A stretch of 34,896 bases of DNA, taken from contig JAYODI010000007.1 of assembly GCA_038279365.1 (NCBI GenBank), positions 1 through 34,896 of the forward strand. Direction: 5' to 3'. The position numbers were made by a program, and so were the translations under genes. How positions within the stretch are numbered: position 1 is the stretch's first letter; each line of letters opens with the position of its first letter. This stretch comes from Candidatus Latescibacterota bacterium. Its GTDB lineage: Bacteria; Latescibacterota; UBA2968. Shown here in pieces: positions 18,694 through 28,600 of this stretch. The notes under the pieces were generated by a model that ran no database searches, was not told the origin of the DNA, and was given only the letters and a program-made list of their open reading frames with translations.

Positions 18694-18726
18694 AAAAGAC
18701 CGCCTAATTGAGCGGTCTTTTTTTTT
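18694..18726 (+). terminator. Rho-independent terminator closing the GlmL-associated cluster
   Basis: AAAAGACCGC (18694-18703) / GCGGTCTTTT (18712-18721) stem followed by a T run. Confidence 0.8.
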
Positions 18727-18944
18727 GCCTAATCATTTATTTTTGCTTATCTTAAGCAATCATAATTTGTCAATATTGGCCCTCAAACATTCGCTGTATC
18801 AATTTGTGAGCATCATCATTTAAAATGACATTTGTCCCAGCCAGCGCATATGCCCGTTAAAAGTGTCAGATCGCCCCTTTTATCCCCATCATTTTTCTTT
18901 AAAGAATCGGGAACGATACACCCCATACAGGAGTCCTAGATACA

Positions 18945-19913
18945 TTGTCTTTTGCCCAGCCCATTTTGAAGGTAGACAATTTACACACCCAATTCCACAC
19001 AGATGATGGCATTGCACGTGCCGTTGATGGGGTGTCTTTTGATTTGTATCCGGGCAAAACGTTGGGCTTAGTGGGTGAATCTGGGTGTGGAAAAAGTGTG
19101 ACCTCACTCTCCATCATGAGACTGTTGTCGCATCCTGGGCGCATCACCCAAGGAACCATCACATATCAAGATCGCAACCTTTTGTCTTTATCCGAACAAG
19201 ATATGCGCAATGTGCGTGGCAATGATGTTGCGATGATTTTTCAAGAACCCATGACCAGTCTCAATCCAGTCTACACTTGTGGGTTCCAAATTGACGAAGC
19301 TGTGATGTGCCACCAACACCTCGACAAAGATGCCGCCCGTAAAAAAACAATCGACATGCTTCGCCTGGTAGGCATTCCGGCACCCGAACAACGCGCCAAC
19401 GAATATCCACATCAGTTATCAGGTGGCATGCGCCAACGTGTGATGATCGCCATGGCACTGTCTTGCAACCCCGATGTGCTCATTGCCGATGAACCCACCA
19501 CTGCATTAGATGTTACTATACAAGCGCAAATTCTCGAATTATTAGGCGACTTGCAAAAACGACTCAATATGGCTGTGCTTCTGATTACCCACGATTTGGG
19601 TGTCATTGCCGAAGTGGCCGACCATGTGGCCATTATGTATGCAGGGCAAATTGTAGAATCCGGTCCAGTAGATACAATCTTTCACAATCCCAAACATCCT
19701 TACACACAAGGGTTATTGGCTTCGGTTCCGCGCTTAGATGAAACGCGTGAACGGTTGTCTGTGATTAAGGGCAGTGTACCCAATGCCAAACACTTTCCTC
19801 AAGGATGTCGTTTTGCATCACGTTGTGCACTTGCACAAGATCAATGTCATCATCAGCCAACCTTCGTAGAAATTGGAACCGCTCATCACGTCGCCTGTTG
19901 GTTGGCCTCATAG
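18945..19913 (+). CDS. oppD: Oligopeptide/dipeptide ABC transporter ATP-binding protein (OppD/DppD type)
   Basis: Walker [40 protein letters not shown], and Cys-rich C-terminus (GCRFASRC...C...ACW). TTG start after AGGAG. Confidence 0.92.
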   Translation: MSFAQPILKVDNLHTQFHTDDGIARAVDGVSFDLYPGKTLGLVGESGCGKSVTSLSIMRLLSHPGRITQGTITYQDRNLLSLSEQDMRNVRGNDVAMIFQEPMTSLNPVYTCGFQIDEAVMCHQHLDKDAARKKTIDMLRLVGIPAPEQRANEYPHQLSGGMRQRVMIAMALSCNPDVLIADEPTTALDVTIQAQILELLGDLQKRLNMAVLLITHDLGVIAEVADHVAIMYAGQIVESGPVDTIFHNPKHPYTQGLLASVPRLDETRERLSVIKGSVPNAKHFPQGCRFASRCALAQDQCHHQPTFVEIGTAHHVACWLAS

Positions 19914-19980
19914 GAGACAAAAAAAGGGAAAAGGAAGTGCCACACGCTTTTCTTTCTTCTTTCCTCTTTTTACTCAAAAA

Positions 19981-20961
19981 ATGTCTCAAGTAATTCTCAA
20001 CGTAAAAAACCTCAAAAAACACTATCCCATATCTCAAGGGTTTTTGGGGCAAACAACGGGGCACGTCAAAGCAGTTGATGGTGTGAGTTTTGACATTCGC
20101 CAAGGAGAAACATTGGGTTTGGTAGGAGAGTCGGGGTGTGGAAAAACCACCGCAGGCCGAACCCTGCTGCGGCTTATAGAACCCACCTCTGGCGAGGTGT
20201 TATTTAAAAACACCTCGGTAACCACGCTCAAACAAAAAAAACTGCGCGAACTGCGCCGACACATGCAAATCATTTTTCAAGACCCATACAGTTCGCTCAA
20301 CCCACGCCTAACAGTGGGCGGCATTTTATCTGAACCACTCAAGATTCATCATTTGACCCACAAATCCCTGCGCAATGAACGCATTGCAGACTTGCTCAAA
20401 ACAGTGGGCTTATCACCCGATGCGGCACGGCGCTATCCACACGAATTTAGCGGTGGTCAAAGACAACGCATCGGCATCGCACGCGCACTGGCCGTAGAAC
20501 CCGAACTGATTATTGCAGACGAGCCCGTTTCGGCATTAGATGTATCCATTCAAGCCCAAATCGTCAATTTGCTTCAAGATCTACAAGCCCAATTGGGTCT
20601 TACTTTTTTATTTATTGCACACGATTTAAGTGTGGTCAGGCACATTTCTCAACGTGTCGCCGTCATGTATTTGGGCCGCATTGTAGAAATTGCAGATCGC
20701 GACAGTCTTTACAACAACCCGCAACACCCTTATACAAAAGCGCTGTTGTCATCGGTGCCAGTGCCCGATCCACGCATTAAAAGAAGCCGAATTATTTTAA
20801 AAGGGGATGTACCCAACCCTGCCAATGTGCCTTCAGGTTGCGCTTTCCATCCGCGGTGCCCCGAAGCCACAAATCAGTGTAAACAGACAGATCCCGAGTT
20901 ATTAGAAATTGATTCGAACCACCGAGTTGCTTGTATTTTAAAAACACTGCAGGCAGCCTAA
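19981..20961 (+). CDS. oppF: Oligopeptide/dipeptide ABC transporter ATP-binding protein (OppF/DppF type)
   Basis: [49 protein letters not shown] 19981 chosen over the upstream TTG. Confidence 0.92.
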   Translation: MSQVILNVKNLKKHYPISQGFLGQTTGHVKAVDGVSFDIRQGETLGLVGESGCGKTTAGRTLLRLIEPTSGEVLFKNTSVTTLKQKKLRELRRHMQIIFQDPYSSLNPRLTVGGILSEPLKIHHLTHKSLRNERIADLLKTVGLSPDAARRYPHEFSGGQRQRIGIARALAVEPELIIADEPVSALDVSIQAQIVNLLQDLQAQLGLTFLFIAHDLSVVRHISQRVAVMYLGRIVEIADRDSLYNNPQHPYTKALLSSVPVPDPRIKRSRIILKGDVPNPANVPSGCAFHPRCPEATNQCKQTDPELLEIDSNHRVACILKTLQAA

Positions 20962-21079
20962 CCCATCGCCCAAAGTACAAAGACAGCAAAACCGATATGG
21001 CGCTTTGCACTTTGTACCCTTTCATTTTGCACAGACTTTTGCCGGGCGTATAACGTCCACCCCATTCAAGGAGAATGCA

Positions 21080-24000
21080 GTGAAGGTTCAAACGTCAATA
21101 TTGATTTGTTTCAGCATTTTATTTGCAAGTTTGCACACAGTACAGGCTCAAGGCCTATCTGTAGGCCCAGCCAAAGCCATTGGTGTAGACATTGCCGATA
21201 CACCGCTTAACCGCCCATCACCCGATCAAAAAAACTACTTTTTCAAAACACCGCAAACCACCGATAATTTTTTCCCGTCTCTGTTGGGGCTTTATTCACC
21301 CGGTGGACAAATGATTCGCACCAAATATTTCAATATTTATTTTGGATCCGAAGAAACAACGGCTCGGCAAATAGCCGATTTTTGCGATGATATTTTAGAA
21401 AACCTCATGAAGCACTATCCCACCTTCATTGAGCGCATAGCCCCCATCCACGTGGTGGTCAATGACCAGGCAGATTTCTATGGCAATGCATTTGCCGTTT
21501 ACAGTGCCAACTACATCCACTTTTGGACAAACCCCCTCGATTGGGAACTGCGTGGCACAAGCGATTGGGTGCGCAATACTTTTGTACATGAACTAACTCA
21601 TATCGTATCCATGAAAGCCGCACACAAAGGCTGGCCTTTCCAAATTGCCATTCTCAACACCTCTCGCTCCAACGAAAACCCCGACTTTAACTTTACATTA
21701 GGGCTTTATCATATTGCAGTAAGTGCCGCATTTTCCGAAGGTGTTGCCCAATTTGAAGCCGAAAAATACGGCGACGAACGCTGGGACTCACACCGCGATA
21801 TGATTCTCCGAATGGCCACCCTCGAAAACGACTTGCTCTCCTTAACACGCATGGGATCACTCGGTGGCAAACATCAGTTTCATGGCGAACAGGTCTATAA
21901 CCAGGGTTATGCCATGTTGCGTTATATTGACGAACGCTTTGGTGCAGAAACGGTCCGCCAAATTTTTGAAAACAAACCGACCGTCAACTTCAATTCATCA
22001 CTCAAAAAAGCCACAGGCATTTCGGCAAAGCAACTTTATAGAGATTGGCAAAAAAGCTTAGAAGAGCATTATGGTGCAACGGCCGATAGCATTTCGAATG
22101 CCACCGAGCGCGAAGGACAACTGGTGCTCGATATTGGCTCACTCGACTATCACCCAGCCTATTCGCCCAACGGTGAACAGATTGCCTTTATCACCAATGA
22201 AGACAGCGACTATTTCATCACCCAACTCAAAGTGATGGATCTCACCACCAAAAAGGTTCGCAAAATTGCCGATGGCGTAGATATGCGCGTCTCTTGGACG
22301 GCCAGTGGTGACAGTCTCATTTATACCAAAGCCGTTGGCGGGAGATGGGATACCTTTGCATATGATTTCAAAACCAAAAAGGAATCACGCCTCACGGTGG
22401 GTTTGCGTGGCAAAGACCCCGACATTTCACCCGATGGCAAGCAAATTGTCTATGTCAATATGAATTCGGGCAATGCCAACATCGGCATCGTCAACGTCGA
22501 TGGCACCAACCGACGTATGCTCACCAACAACAACGATGCCACCCAATATTATGGCCCCAAATGGTCACCCGATGGCAAAGAAATTCTCTTTAGCATTTTC
22601 CGCACCGCAGAAGACCGAGACATTGCCATTATCAGCGCAGATACGTCGCCCAAACCCAAAAAAGAAGGCCGTCGTGAACTGGGCAAAAAGAAAAAGATCA
22701 AAGACACTTCGCTCGACAGCTTACAATTAGCCATTCAAGACAGCATACAAGCCGTTGAAGACAGCATCAAAGCATTTCCAGACAGCTTGGCCTTTGCCAA
22801 CAATTCTCAATTTAGGGTCATCATAAACTCTCGTGCAGATGAACGCGACCCTGTTTGGTTGCACGATGGCAGTGGGTTTATCTTTAGCTCAGATCGCACA
22901 GGTATTTTTAACCTTTACACACACGATATCGCATCGGGCACACAAAAACAAATCACCAATGTCGTTGGCGGTGCATTTGTGCCAACCCTGTCACCTGATG
23001 GCAATGACGTCATCTATGCCGGCTATCATGCGGCCAACTACAACCTCTATCGCATTTCGCTCTCAGATGCAATTGCCATCAATGCGCCCGAATATTTAGA
23101 CCGCGATTACAACAGCATCTATACGGGTAAAAAGTTGGCTGAGCTCCAAGACATTGGGCGTTACTCAACCCGCATGATCTCCAATGGCATCACGCCCATT
23201 GTTCTATTGGGCCCAACCTTTATTGGCAACCGATTTGGCCTCGACCAAATCAGCGCAGGTGCACAAGCCTCCTGGGGCAATTTGTTGGGCAACGATAATT
23301 TTTATGCCAATGCTCTTATTGGTAAAAACTTCAAACGCCAACAAGATTTCAACTCAGACTTTGCCTTCTTTTACGAAAATGGCTTGCCTCCCGTATCCAC
23401 GGAACAACGCACTTATGCACCACGCATCTGGTTTGGTGGCAGTCGAAGCACCATCAACAGCATTGTCAACTTAGGTACCGTATTTGCCCAACAAGACACA
23501 CAAAGTGGAACCTTGGTGACCAATATCAATGGCCAACAAGTGCTCATCCCCAATGCCACCCAAGTGCTCAAGCTCACCGTCACCGAAGAAGACGACTTCA
23601 AAGACGTATTTAACGATGCCACCGTGGGTTTGGAGATGTCGGTAGGACGAGGCCAAAACCTGGCACTGGCTTATGGATATCGCAGTTATTCAGAAAACTT
23701 GAAAGTCAAACAAGTGGTATACGACAGCACACGCATTTACCAAACCAATTCGTCAGGTCAACTCGAAGACATTACAGACCAAGTACCAGGCATTGGTGGA
23801 TCAAACGTTTTTCTCGATGACTTTCTGTATAAAGATTTGAATTTCTTTAGAAGCCATGAATGGATTTTGGGTTGGAGTTATATCACGCTCAAACCTCGCA
23901 CAGACACATACATCAACCCCTCGGGTGGCCGTGCACTTTCCCTTCGTTATCGCCGTATCAATGCCACCGTCACAGACTCATTGGCATTTTCAACCGACTT

Positions 24001-24652
24001 AAATCAAGACAACATTCCCGACGCAACAGAATCCGATCTGTCACCCAGTCTATTTCGAGAAGACCAGGTTCAGACCAGCTTTAACGAATACATTGCCTCT
24101 TACAATGAGTTCATTCCTCTAATTGGGCGTTCCACCTTTTCTTTCCAAGGTTTTGTTGCCTATAAAGATGGTGAAGTTAAAGAAGTGCAACAAAATGGTG
24201 GCACATATGAAGGCGTCTTTTATTATCCGTTGCGATACTATCTCGGTGGCATAGGTACCTTGCGTGGATATCCCTATTTCTCAGCTTCGGGCAGCAAGCT
24301 GGCATTCTTCCGCGCAAACGTTACCATTCCCTTGTTCAAAAATGTAGGGTCTGAATTACCCCCATTCTTTTTTGACAAAATTTATGCCAGCATCTTCTTT
24401 GAAGCAGGTGGCGTATCTAATGCAGATCGCCTAAACGCTATCGACTTTTCGTGGCAAAATGCCAAAGACACATTTCTTGCAGACTGGGGTGTGGAACTGC
24501 GATTCCAAATGTTTTCTCATTATCGCATACCCGCCTTTGGTTATTTTATCATGGCCATGCCAACCAAAAGAGACATTCAAGTGCGTAACGCCCCACCAGG
24601 CACACTCGAACGCATAGATGGCCGTCGTATCTACTTTGGTTTGTCATTGTAA
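21080..24652 (+). CDS. Outer-membrane protein: gluzincin-like peptidase domain, TolB/PD40 beta-propeller repeats and Omp85-family beta-barrel
   Basis: GTG 21080 after AAGGAG; signal peptide ending VQA; HELTH (21587-21601) with downstream FSEGVAQ; repeats PAYSPNGEQIAF, PDISPDGKQIVY, PKWSPDGKEILF and PTLSPDGNDVIY; YLGGIGTLRGY (Omp85 VRGY/F lid loop); C-terminal IYFGLSL. Confidence 0.85.
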   Translation: MKVQTSILICFSILFASLHTVQAQGLSVGPAKAIGVDIADTPLNRPSPDQKNYFFKTPQTTDNFFPSLLGLYSPGGQMIRTKYFNIYFGSEETTARQIADFCDDILENLMKHYPTFIERIAPIHVVVNDQADFYGNAFAVYSANYIHFWTNPLDWELRGTSDWVRNTFVHELTHIVSMKAAHKGWPFQIAILNTSRSNENPDFNFTLGLYHIAVSAAFSEGVAQFEAEKYGDERWDSHRDMILRMATLENDLLSLTRMGSLGGKHQFHGEQVYNQGYAMLRYIDERFGAETVRQIFENKPTVNFNSSLKKATGISAKQLYRDWQKSLEEHYGATADSISNATEREGQLVLDIGSLDYHPAYSPNGEQIAFITNEDSDYFITQLKVMDLTTKKVRKIADGVDMRVSWTASGDSLIYTKAVGGRWDTFAYDFKTKKESRLTVGLRGKDPDISPDGKQIVYVNMNSGNANIGIVNVDGTNRRMLTNNNDATQYYGPKWSPDGKEILFSIFRTAEDRDIAIISADTSPKPKKEGRRELGKKKKIKDTSLDSLQLAIQDSIQAVEDSIKAFPDSLAFANNSQFRVIINSRADERDPVWLHDGSGFIFSSDRTGIFNLYTHDIASGTQKQITNVVGGAFVPTLSPDGNDVIYAGYHAANYNLYRISLSDAIAINAPEYLDRDYNSIYTGKKLAELQDIGRYSTRMISNGITPIVLLGPTFIGNRFGLDQISAGAQASWGNLLGNDNFYANALIGKNFKRQQDFNSDFAFFYENGLPPVSTEQRTYAPRIWFGGSRSTINSIVNLGTVFAQQDTQSGTLVTNINGQQVLIPNATQVLKLTVTEEDDFKDVFNDATVGLEMSVGRGQNLALAYGYRSYSENLKVKQVVYDSTRIYQTNSSGQLEDITDQVPGIGGSNVFLDDFLYKDLNFFRSHEWILGWSYITLKPRTDTYINPSGGRALSLRYRRINATVTDSLAFSTDLNQDNIPDATESDLSPSLFREDQVQTSFNEYIASYNEFIPLIGRSTFSFQGFVAYKDGEVKEVQQNGGTYEGVFYYPLRYYLGGIGTLRGYPYFSASGSKLAFFRANVTIPLFKNVGSELPPFFFDKIYASIFFEAGGVSNADRLNAIDFSWQNAKDTFLADWGVELRFQMFSHYRIPAFGYFIMAMPTKRDIQVRNAPPGTLERIDGRRIYFGLSL

Positions 24653-24677
24653 TTTTTAATTTTACGTTTCATAAGTC

Positions 24678-24731
24678 AAAGCCCTCACAGCCTTTATATC
24701 CAAAAAGATGACAGGCTGCGAGGGCTTTTTT
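24678..24731 (+). terminator. Rho-independent terminator
   Basis: AAAGCCCTCACAGCCT ... AGGCTGCGAGGGCTTT inverted repeat (one mismatch) followed by a T run. Confidence 0.7.
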
Positions 24732-24811
24732 AATTTTCAATTTCCTCTGTTTCATTATACATTTTATAACCATATTTAATAACCATCTATAACATCTGAT
24801 ACTCTTTTTCT

Positions 24812-25678
24812 ATGATGCCATTTATCAAAGCCCTACGCCCACACCAATGGATTAAAAACCTCTTTGTGTTGGCAGCACTCATTTTTTCCAAACACGTTTT
24901 CGATCCCGATTACGTATTACGTGCATTTTGGGCATTTGTAAGCTATTGCCTCATCTCCAGTGCCGTCTATCTTTTTAACGATATTCGAGATCGCAAAAGT
25001 GATCGCAACCATCCCGAAAAACGCCATCGCCCCATCGCTTCTGGCGCACTGGGTGTTTCTACAGCATTCACGATGGCCATGGTTTTAGCCCTCATTGCGC
25101 TGTGGTTGGCATTTGGCATCCAACTCTATTTTGGTTTCATTCTTGTCATTTATATGCTTTTTAACATTGCTTATTCTTTAGGTCTTAAAAATGTTGTGAT
25201 TCTCGATGTCATGATTATTGCCTCTGGTTTTCTTTTGCGTGCCATTGGTGGCGCTCTCGCTATCGAAGTCGCAATATCTTCCTGGTTTATTTTATGTACC
25301 ATGTTGCTTGCACTTTTTTTAGGGTTTGTCAAACGACGACAAGAACTCACCTTACTCGAAAACCAAGCAGATCAACACCGCCAGAGTCTCAAAGATTATT
25401 CTGCACCATTTCTTGATCAAGTCATTGCGGTTGTCACATCGGGTTCATTGCTCTCATACGCGCTTTATACCATGTCACCAGACGTCACCGAAAAATTGGG
25501 TGCGCCGTATCTCAGTCTCACCATACCTTTTGTCATTTATGGTCTCTTGCGTTACCTTTATCTGGTATACAACAAAGGCCAAGGTGGCGACACAGCCACC
25601 ACATTACTCCGAGATTTTCCACTTCAATTGGCCTGTTTGCTTTGGGTCATTACCTTAAGCGCCGTACTCTACTTTTAA
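24812..25678 (+). CDS. UbiA-family prenyltransferase, decaprenyl-phosphate phosphoribosyltransferase-like
   Basis: LRPHQWIKNLFV, YLFNDIRDRKSDRNHPEKRHRPIASG, AYSLGLK, LRAIGG, KRRQEL, YGLLRY; multiple TM helices. Confidence 0.88.
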   Translation: MMPFIKALRPHQWIKNLFVLAALIFSKHVFDPDYVLRAFWAFVSYCLISSAVYLFNDIRDRKSDRNHPEKRHRPIASGALGVSTAFTMAMVLALIALWLAFGIQLYFGFILVIYMLFNIAYSLGLKNVVILDVMIIASGFLLRAIGGALAIEVAISSWFILCTMLLALFLGFVKRRQELTLLENQADQHRQSLKDYSAPFLDQVIAVVTSGSLLSYALYTMSPDVTEKLGAPYLSLTIPFVIYGLLRYLYLVYNKGQGGDTATTLLRDFPLQLACLLWVITLSAVLYF

Positions 25679-25701
25679 TTTTGTAAACCAATTGGGCAAA
25701 A

Positions 25702-26595
25702 ATGAACAGCACCGACTATCTCAAACCCGAAGTTGTTTCGCGTCTGTCGCGTTTAGACCTTGTTGCACGCCTTGTTGTAGAAGGATTTATCACGGGTCTT
25801 CACCAAAGCCCTTACCATGGCTTTTCTGTTGAGTTTTCCGAATATCGACAATACATGCCCGGCGATGCATTGCGTGATCTCGATTGGAAAGTATTTGGCA
25901 AAACCGACCGTCTCTATGTCAAACAATATGAAGAAGAAACCAATCTCAAAGCGTATATTCTCCTAGACGCAAGTGCATCAATGGCCTATGGGTCTGGCAA
26001 TCTCACCAAATTTCAATACGCTGCATATACCACAGCAGCCCTTTCACAACTCATGTTGCGCCAACGTGATGCCATAGGTCTCATTACCTTCGACCAGCAC
26101 ATTCAAAGCTACTTACCTCCCCGCTCCATTGGCAGTCACCTACATGCTTTATTGACCACCTTGCAAAATACGTCGCCATCCGGGTCTGACACAGATCTAT
26201 CTGCCGCATTTCACGACTTGGCCGAACGCATCAAACGGCGTGGACTCATCATTGTCTTCTCTGACCTGTTTGACGACCCAGATCGCCTGTTATCTGGTCT
26301 CAAACACTTTCGGCATCGCAAACATGAAGTGGTCGTTTTTCACATACTCGATCCACGAGAACGCGACCTAAATTTTGACAGAGAAACCCGGTTTGTCGAT
26401 TTGGAGTCTGGTTCTCAAATTGCCACCGAACCGTGGCATATTGCACCCGCCTACCGCGAGCACATGGAAAACCTCATCAAACGCTTTCGGCAAGAATGTC
26501 GCGATGCCCTCATCGACTATGTACTCCTCGACACAGAAGAACCCTTCGATACCGCACTCTTCAATTATCTCGCCAAACGCAAACGCCTCATGTAA
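25702..26595 (+). CDS. DUF58 / vWA-domain protein (usually MoxR-associated)
   Basis: GLHQSPYHGFSVEFSEYRQYMPGD, DWKVFGKTD, YEEETN, MIDAS-like DASASM, IVFSDL. Confidence 0.92.
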   Translation: MNSTDYLKPEVVSRLSRLDLVARLVVEGFITGLHQSPYHGFSVEFSEYRQYMPGDALRDLDWKVFGKTDRLYVKQYEEETNLKAYILLDASASMAYGSGNLTKFQYAAYTTAALSQLMLRQRDAIGLITFDQHIQSYLPPRSIGSHLHALLTTLQNTSPSGSDTDLSAAFHDLAERIKRRGLIIVFSDLFDDPDRLLSGLKHFRHRKHEVVVFHILDPRERDLNFDRETRFVDLESGSQIATEPWHIAPAYREHMENLIKRFRQECRDALIDYVLLDTEEPFDTALFNYLAKRKRLM

Positions 26596-26642
26596 AACAA
26601 TAAAAAATCCGACCCTTATTGCAGATCGGATTTTTTATTGTT
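26596..26642. terminator. Bidirectional terminator between the convergent DUF58 and aminotransferase genes
   Basis: Perfect 17-bp inverted repeat AACAATAAAAAATCCGA (26596-26612) / TCGGATTTTTTATTGTT (26626-26642). Confidence 0.8.
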
Positions 26643-26672
26643 AAAATGTAATGGGCTCATAAAACTCTGTTT

Positions 26673-27986
26673 TCATACCTCTTCCAAAACATCATCCAAT
26701 ACATCCAATGCAAAATCAATGTCTTCTTTGGTGATACACATAGGCGGTTTGATACGCAAAACGTTGCCAAACAAACCCGTCTTACCCAACAAAACGCCTC
26801 TTTCTCGTGCCATTTCAACCACAGCAACGGCCTCTTTTGTTGCAGGTTCTTTGCTTCGTCTATCGCGGACCAACTCCACCCCCAACATCAATCCCTTACC
26901 ACGCACATCACCAATCAACGCGTGTTTGGTCATCAGCCTTTGCAAACCCTCAATACAATGCCCCCCTACCGCGCGCGCATTGGCCTGTAACCCCTCATCC
27001 TCGATCACATCCAACACCGCCAACCCTTGTGCCATACTCACCGGATTACCACCAAAAGTGTTAAAGTGAAGGCGTTGTTTCAACGTCTCAGCAATCTCCC
27101 TCCGCGTGGTCACCGCAGCAATAGGCACCCCATTGCCGAGTCCCTTTGCCATCGTCACAATATCGGGTACCACATCAAAGTTTTGAAACCCCCAAAAGTG
27201 ATCGCCCGTGCGCCCAAAACCTGTTTGTACTTCATCAGAAATGCAAACCCCACCATATTGACGCGTGAATTCATAGGCTTTTTGAAAATAAACAGGGTCA
27301 GCACTCGTTACGCCCCCCACCCCCTGAAAGGGTTCTGCAATAAATGCTGCCACCTGCCCCGATGTTCCCATACGAATGGCATCCTCAATATCGCGCGCAT
27401 CCCCATGGGCATTGCGATAAGGATCTGGGTTTTTGACATGGTGCACACCTTGCCCTTGGGGCAACGGAAATTTCCACGTATGGTGAGAGGTCAACCCCAT
27501 GGCACTTGGACTGCCACCATGATAGGCATTTTGTAAGGCAATCACATCATAGTTTCCCGTATACAATCGCGCCATCGTAATGGCCAAGTCATTGGCTTCA
27601 CTGCCACTGTTCACAAAATATGTCACATCCAAACCTTTGGGCATCTTATGAGCCAAACGCTTGGCCAACTCACCCATCCACGGATGCAAATAAATGGTTG
27701 TGGCATGTTGTAATTTTGCCAACTGTGCTTGGGTGCGTTCTAAAACTTTGGGATGACAATGGCCACAGGAAACCGTCACAATTCCTGCAAATAAATCCAA
27801 ATAACGGCGACCCGTTTCATCAAACAAATATTGCATGTGACCATCAACAATCATCAATGGTTCTTTATAATAGGTAAACACGGCAGGGTTGCAATATTGC
27901 AACCGAGTCGCCAAAACCTCATCGCGTGTAGGGCCATCATAAGGTGGCGGTTGATAGGCACACGCTGGCATCTCTCTCATCCTCAA
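26673..27986 (-). CDS. Class III PLP aminotransferase, AGXT2/PYD4-like (alanine-glyoxylate or beta-alanine aminotransferase type)
   Basis: [54 protein letters not shown] (PLP Lys), [18 protein letters not shown] after an AGGAG SD; alternative ATG at 27980. Confidence 0.9.
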   Translation of the reverse strand: MRMREMPACAYQPPPYDGPTRDEVLATRLQYCNPAVFTYYKEPLMIVDGHMQYLFDETGRRYLDLFAGIVTVSCGHCHPKVLERTQAQLAKLQHATTIYLHPWMGELAKRLAHKMPKGLDVTYFVNSGSEANDLAITMARLYTGNYDVIALQNAYHGGSPSAMGLTSHHTWKFPLPQGQGVHHVKNPDPYRNAHGDARDIEDAIRMGTSGQVAAFIAEPFQGVGGVTSADPVYFQKAYEFTRQYGGVCISDEVQTGFGRTGDHFWGFQNFDVVPDIVTMAKGLGNGVPIAAVTTRREIAETLKQRLHFNTFGGNPVSMAQGLAVLDVIEDEGLQANARAVGGHCIEGLQRLMTKHALIGDVRGKGLMLGVELVRDRRSKEPATKEAVAVVEMARERGVLLGKTGLFGNVLRIKPPMCITKEDIDFALDVLDDVLEEV

Positions 27987-28039
27987 AGTGTTCTCCTTTT
28001 CAACAATCTTTCATTTAAAACTTTTCCACTCGCGTTCCT

Positions 28040-28068
28040 AGTGTACACGTGAATGTAAAATGTGGCAA
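28040..28068 (-). promoter_or_regulatory. Putative sigma70 promoter of the aminotransferase
   Basis: Minus strand TTGCCA (28068-28063), 17-nt spacer, TACACT (28045-28040). Confidence 0.5.
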
Positions 28069-28135
28069 CAAAGAAAAAAGCCAGTAGGTTTAAACCCACC
28101 AGCTTTGATCCTGCATTCATTTTAAAAATCAAAAA

Positions 28136-28594
28136 TTAAAAAGTAATTGTCAGCGTTTCTGTGCTCTTTTCAAAAGAACTTTCAAATTGTTGCAAAGGTG
28201 CCGTTGCTGGCCCTTGTAAAACATTGCCATTACGACGGTCAAAAACAGACCCATGGCAAGCGCACCAAATATTGGGATCTCCATCGCCGGGCACATTTAC
28301 CTCACAAGCTTCATGCGTGCAAATGCTGCTCAGCACCAAAAAATCATCTTCATCCATGCGAATAATCAAAACCGGAAATCCGCCATTTTGCCCATCAAAA
28401 ACTTGCTTAACAGCCCCACCTATCTGTGACAACGCAGATGCTTGAGACACATCATAACGCACCGCAATATTGGATGACTTTAATACATCTGTCTCACAAG
28501 CACCTAATGCCCCCACACAAACACATCCGCCCATCAATTTTAAAGCACGTGTTAAAAACTCACGTCGTTCCTCAAGTGTCACAATCTTTTTCAT
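28136..28594 (-). CDS. Rieske [2Fe-2S] protein with Tat signal and probable lipobox
   Basis: ERREFL twin-arginine motif, LGAC lipobox, box 1 CTHEAC, box 2 CACHGSVF, GPATAPL. Confidence 0.9.
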   Translation of the reverse strand: MKKIVTLEERREFLTRALKLMGGCVCVGALGACETDVLKSSNIAVRYDVSQASALSQIGGAVKQVFDGQNGGFPVLIIRMDEDDFLVLSSICTHEACEVNVPGDGDPNIWCACHGSVFDRRNGNVLQGPATAPLQQFESSFEKSTETLTITF

Positions 28595-28600
28595 CAGTCC

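Noticed and set aside
18727-18944. Riboswitch or ncRNA in the longer intergenic gaps (this one, and 30833-31057)
   Set aside because: AT-rich, with no recognisable cobalamin, TPP, SAM or T-box consensus by eye. An Rfam/Infernal scan would be decisive.
19914-19980. Purine-tract/pyrimidine-tract hairpin between oppD and oppF, and a similar imperfect hairpin at 20975-21017
   Set aside because: Pairing is imperfect and low-complexity, so I cannot support either as a terminator or regulatory RNA.
12021-21079. Longer N-termini given by the ORF track (12021, 13945, 16427, 16954, 19873, 21005)
   Set aside because: They overlap upstream genes or lack an SD. The downstream starts have SD motifs, stop-start coupling or signal peptides at the expected position.
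26638-27877. Plus-strand ORFs (143 aa, 169 aa and others) opposite the aminotransferase
   Set aside because: Antisense shadows with Ser/Thr/Pro-biased composition, starting within or after a terminator.
28136-28594. Cytochrome bc1/b6f complex (petA/qcrA)
   Set aside because: No cytochrome b or c1 gene is adjacent, and the protein has a lipobox rather than the usual uncleaved TM anchor context.
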